A stretch of DNA of 5,776 nt. Origin: a virus. The stretch is from IMG/VR virus record IMGVR_UViG_3300028187_000193, positions 1-5,776 of that record; one strand, given 5' to 3'. The notes below the pieces were generated by a model. The model was not told where the DNA came from, did no database searches, and was given only the letters and a program-made list of their open reading frames with translations. Shown in pieces: positions 4,329 through 5,776 of this stretch; position 1 is the stretch's first letter, and every line of letters starts with the position of its first letter. Made by a program: the position numbers and the translations under genes.

Positions 4329-5435
4329 TTACCCCTCTTGGGTTGGTTGTACGGCCGCGATTTCGGGCCAATGCGCTGCTGTTTCGCCTGTTACCCACCT
4401 CGGCAGCTTTGGCGAGGTGCAGGATTCAACGACCGTCCGCAACGACTGATCGTCCGGACAGTTCTTGGAGATGAAATTCAGAGCCGCGCCGTACTGACGG
4501 CGGATGTGGCGACGAACGCTCTTCCACGTGGCTTCAACGGCTGCTTTCGTGATTTCGATTCGGGTGGCGACACAGTTGAGAAAGCTCAGCACCGGATAGG
4601 CGCCCAGCAGGTACGTCGCTGGGTCACGCAGAATGTCGAGCGGCAGTTCCTTGCGATTGGAGTTGCGGAACTGCGCTTCGTAGCGCACCCACGGCGAATT
4701 CTTGTCGCCCTGCTCCCTGCCCTTCTCATACACGCGCAGCTGCTTTTCGGACTTCTTGCCACCCACATAGAACGTTTTGCCGTCACCGCTGTCGTAGTCG
4801 TCCACCAGCTGTGCTTTAGGGCGCTGACCACGGTTGTCAAAGTCGCCCTGGCTGTACCACTTCTGTGCCAGACGCAGCGGGTAATCACCCACAAGGTCAT
4901 CGGCGCATACATCCACTCGGGTAATCCTTCCGGCGCAGCTTTCGAGCTTCGCTCGAAGCTCCAGCCACCGCTGCGCATGGCCGCAGCGCGCTGCACCTAG
5001 CGCTTTGCATCCGTCACCCGTCAATTCAAGGCGTGCGGTGTAGGTGCCATCGGCACGGCGGCACTCTTCGCCACCGAGTTCAATCATCCCGACGAACTTC
5101 TTAGCCGCGTCGATGATCTTGATTCGCCACGTGTAGAAGCGACCGCCGCCAACGGTTTCATCCAGCTCAAGCCCGAGCCCGGCGAAGAACCAGCAGAACA
5201 CCTGCAGGGCCGCAATGCGTGCGTTGTCCGGGGAGAACTCAATCCACTGCCGGACCTCTTCGAAGCTATCGCCATCACGAAACGCGAGTTCGTCCAGCGC
5301 TGCGCGCAGGTCGATGGAAGCGGAAAACCAGTCAATGCCGACCGTCAGGGTTCCCTGTGCATTCCTGAATTCACTGACTCCCCTGTTAGACGAGGGGAGT
5401 CCCGACTCGGCCAGCACCGCACGATCACCGGCCAT
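4329..5435 (-). CDS. Rolling-circle replication initiator, Rep_trans / RstA (phage Cri) family (368 aa)
   Basis: Family motifs recognised by eye are RITRVDVCADD, TFYVGGKKSEKQLRVYEKGREQG and WVRYEAQFRN. The preferred start is ATG at 5435 (MAGDRAVL), preceded by GGAAGGGTGG. The track start at 5510 adds a Cys/Arg-rich 25-aa extension that overlaps the better-supported 39-aa ORF. Confidence 0.85.
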   Translation of the reverse strand: MAGDRAVLAESGLPSSNRGVSEFRNAQGTLTVGIDWFSASIDLRAALDELAFRDGDSFEEVRQWIEFSPDNARIAALQVFCWFFAGLGLELDETVGGGRFYTWRIKIIDAAKKFVGMIELGGEECRRADGTYTARLELTGDGCKALGAARCGHAQRWLELRAKLESCAGRITRVDVCADDLVGDYPLRLAQKWYSQGDFDNRGQRPKAQLVDDYDSGDGKTFYVGGKKSEKQLRVYEKGREQGDKNSPWVRYEAQFRNSNRKELPLDILRDPATYLLGAYPVLSFLNCVATRIEITKAAVEATWKSVRRHIRRQYGAALNFISKNCPDDQSLRTVVESCTSPKLPRWVTGETAAHWPEIAAVQPTQEG

Positions 5436-5544
5436 TGCAACCACCCTTCCGGCGCAGAGCGAACACCAGCGACCAATACAGCCCCGTGAGCAGCACGCCG
5501 CCAACGACATAGATGACCAGCGGTTCGCGGAAGAAATCAGCCAT
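5425..5544 (-). CDS. Hypothetical single-pass membrane peptide (39 aa)
   Basis: ATG at 5544 is preceded by a consensus AGGAGG with a 6-nt spacer. It overlaps the upstream ORF stop (ATGGCTGA) and the Rep start by 11 nt. The sequence is MADFFREPLVIYVVGGVLLTGLYWSLVFALRRKGGCNGR, with one clear transmembrane helix and a basic tail. Confidence 0.55.
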   Translation of the reverse strand: MADFFREPLVIYVVGGVLLTGLYWSLVFALRRKGGCNGR

Positions 5545-5767
5545 GGACGGCCTCCTGCTGCTCAGCGAGGCGGGCAGCGGCCAGCAGATCGCCACGCTTG
5601 GTGGCGGCAATCTCAGCGCGTGCGAGCGCGATTACCTGGGCTTCGCGTGACCGCTGCGAGGCGGTGTAGTCACGCCGGTCGAGCAGCCACGAAACGATGC
5701 GAGCGCCACCGATGGAGATGGCCGCAATGGCCCCCAGCAGCGCGAAGGATGAGATAGCGTCGAACAC
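5537..5767 (-). CDS. Hypothetical membrane-anchored protein (76 aa), first gene of the minus-strand operon
   Basis: The start is GTG at 5767 (equivalent to 114 in copy 1). The RBS AGGGGA with a 6-nt spacer is visible in copy 1. The N-terminal transmembrane segment is FALLGAIAAISIGGARIVSWLL, followed by an Ala/Arg/Glu-rich helical tail. Confidence 0.5.
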   Translation of the reverse strand: MFDAISSFALLGAIAAISIGGARIVSWLLDRRDYTASQRSREAQVIALARAEIAATKRGDLLAAARLAEQQEAVHG

Positions 5768-5776
5768 CCGTGATCC
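5654..5776. repeat. Terminal direct repeat, copy 2 (identical to 1-123)
   Basis: Same 123-nt string as at 1-123. Confidence 0.95.

Larger units (their letters stand above)
1..5776 (-). mobile_element. Complete filamentous phage (Inovirus-like) genome, circularly permuted; unit 5,653 bp plus a 123-bp overlap
   Basis: Canonical inovirus gene order on one strand: Rep, ssDNA-binding protein, small coat-like proteins, pIII-like, pVI-like, Zot/pI. A divergent repressor module is also present. The window ends are identical (1-123 = 5654-5776). Coding density is roughly 95%, with ATGA and TAATG start/stop overlaps. Confidence 0.85.

Noticed and set aside
3573-5000. 475-aa plus-strand ORF, the longest in the window
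   Set aside because: It is fully antisense to five well-supported, tightly coupled minus-strand genes (Rep, ssDNA-binding protein, orf63, coat and the micro-ORF region). Its composition is Arg/Ala/Gly/Leu-rich, typical of off-frame ORFs in high-GC DNA, and I recognised no motifs or convincing RBS. It is most likely a GC-driven artefact.
4329-5435. Internal in-frame start within Rep producing a gX-like protein (for example at VGMIELGG)
   Set aside because: Ff phages do this. Here the only candidate internal ATG I checked has a weak purine tract (AAGAAG) and nothing else to support it, so it cannot be called from sequence alone.
5436-5510. 25-codon N-terminal extension of Rep (track start at 5510)
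   Set aside because: The extension (MSLAACCSRGCIGRWCSLCAGRVVA) is Cys/Arg-rich and overlaps the 39-aa ORF, which has a consensus AGGAGG RBS. The ATG at 5435 has its own purine-rich RBS.
1-5776. High overall GATC frequency as a methylation or restriction-avoidance signal
   Set aside because: I only eye-counted roughly one GATC per 100-150 bp. Without a proper k-mer statistic against composition I cannot claim genome-wide significance. Only the organized TGATCG repeats at 179-243 are reported.

Overview
The window is one complete, circularly permuted genome of a small, high-GC filamentous phage (Inovirus-like), either a replicative form or an excised or tandem prophage. Bases 1-123 are identical to 5654-5776, so the unit length is 5,653 bp. 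The minus strand carries a tightly packed inovirus operon with overlapping or abutting stops and starts. Its order is two small membrane ORFs (76 aa, 39 aa), a Rep_trans/RstA-type rolling-circle initiator, a gV-like ssDNA-binding protein, a 63-aa minor-coat-like protein, a 45-aa leaderless major coat protein (not in the ORF track), an intrinsic terminator, a 20-25 aa micro-ORF, a pIII-like adsorption protein with a Gly/Asp-rich repeat linker, a pVI-position protein (DUF2523-like from memory) and a Zot/pI assembly ATPase. No pIV secretin gene is present. A divergent plus-strand module encodes an XRE-type HTH repressor with an unusual hydrophobic segment and a translationally coupled 107-aa ORF (DUF3653-like from memory). 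The 141-bp divergent control region holds a TTGACA promoter flanked by TGATCG-based repeats and palindromes. An AT-rich 28-mer inside the 3' end of the repressor gene resembles a dif site and is a candidate XerC/XerD attP. All family assignments come from motif recognition by eye. No database search was run, and the host is unknown; the dif-like core hints at a Xanthomonadaceae-like or related proteobacterial host. No tRNA, rRNA or CRISPR features were seen.
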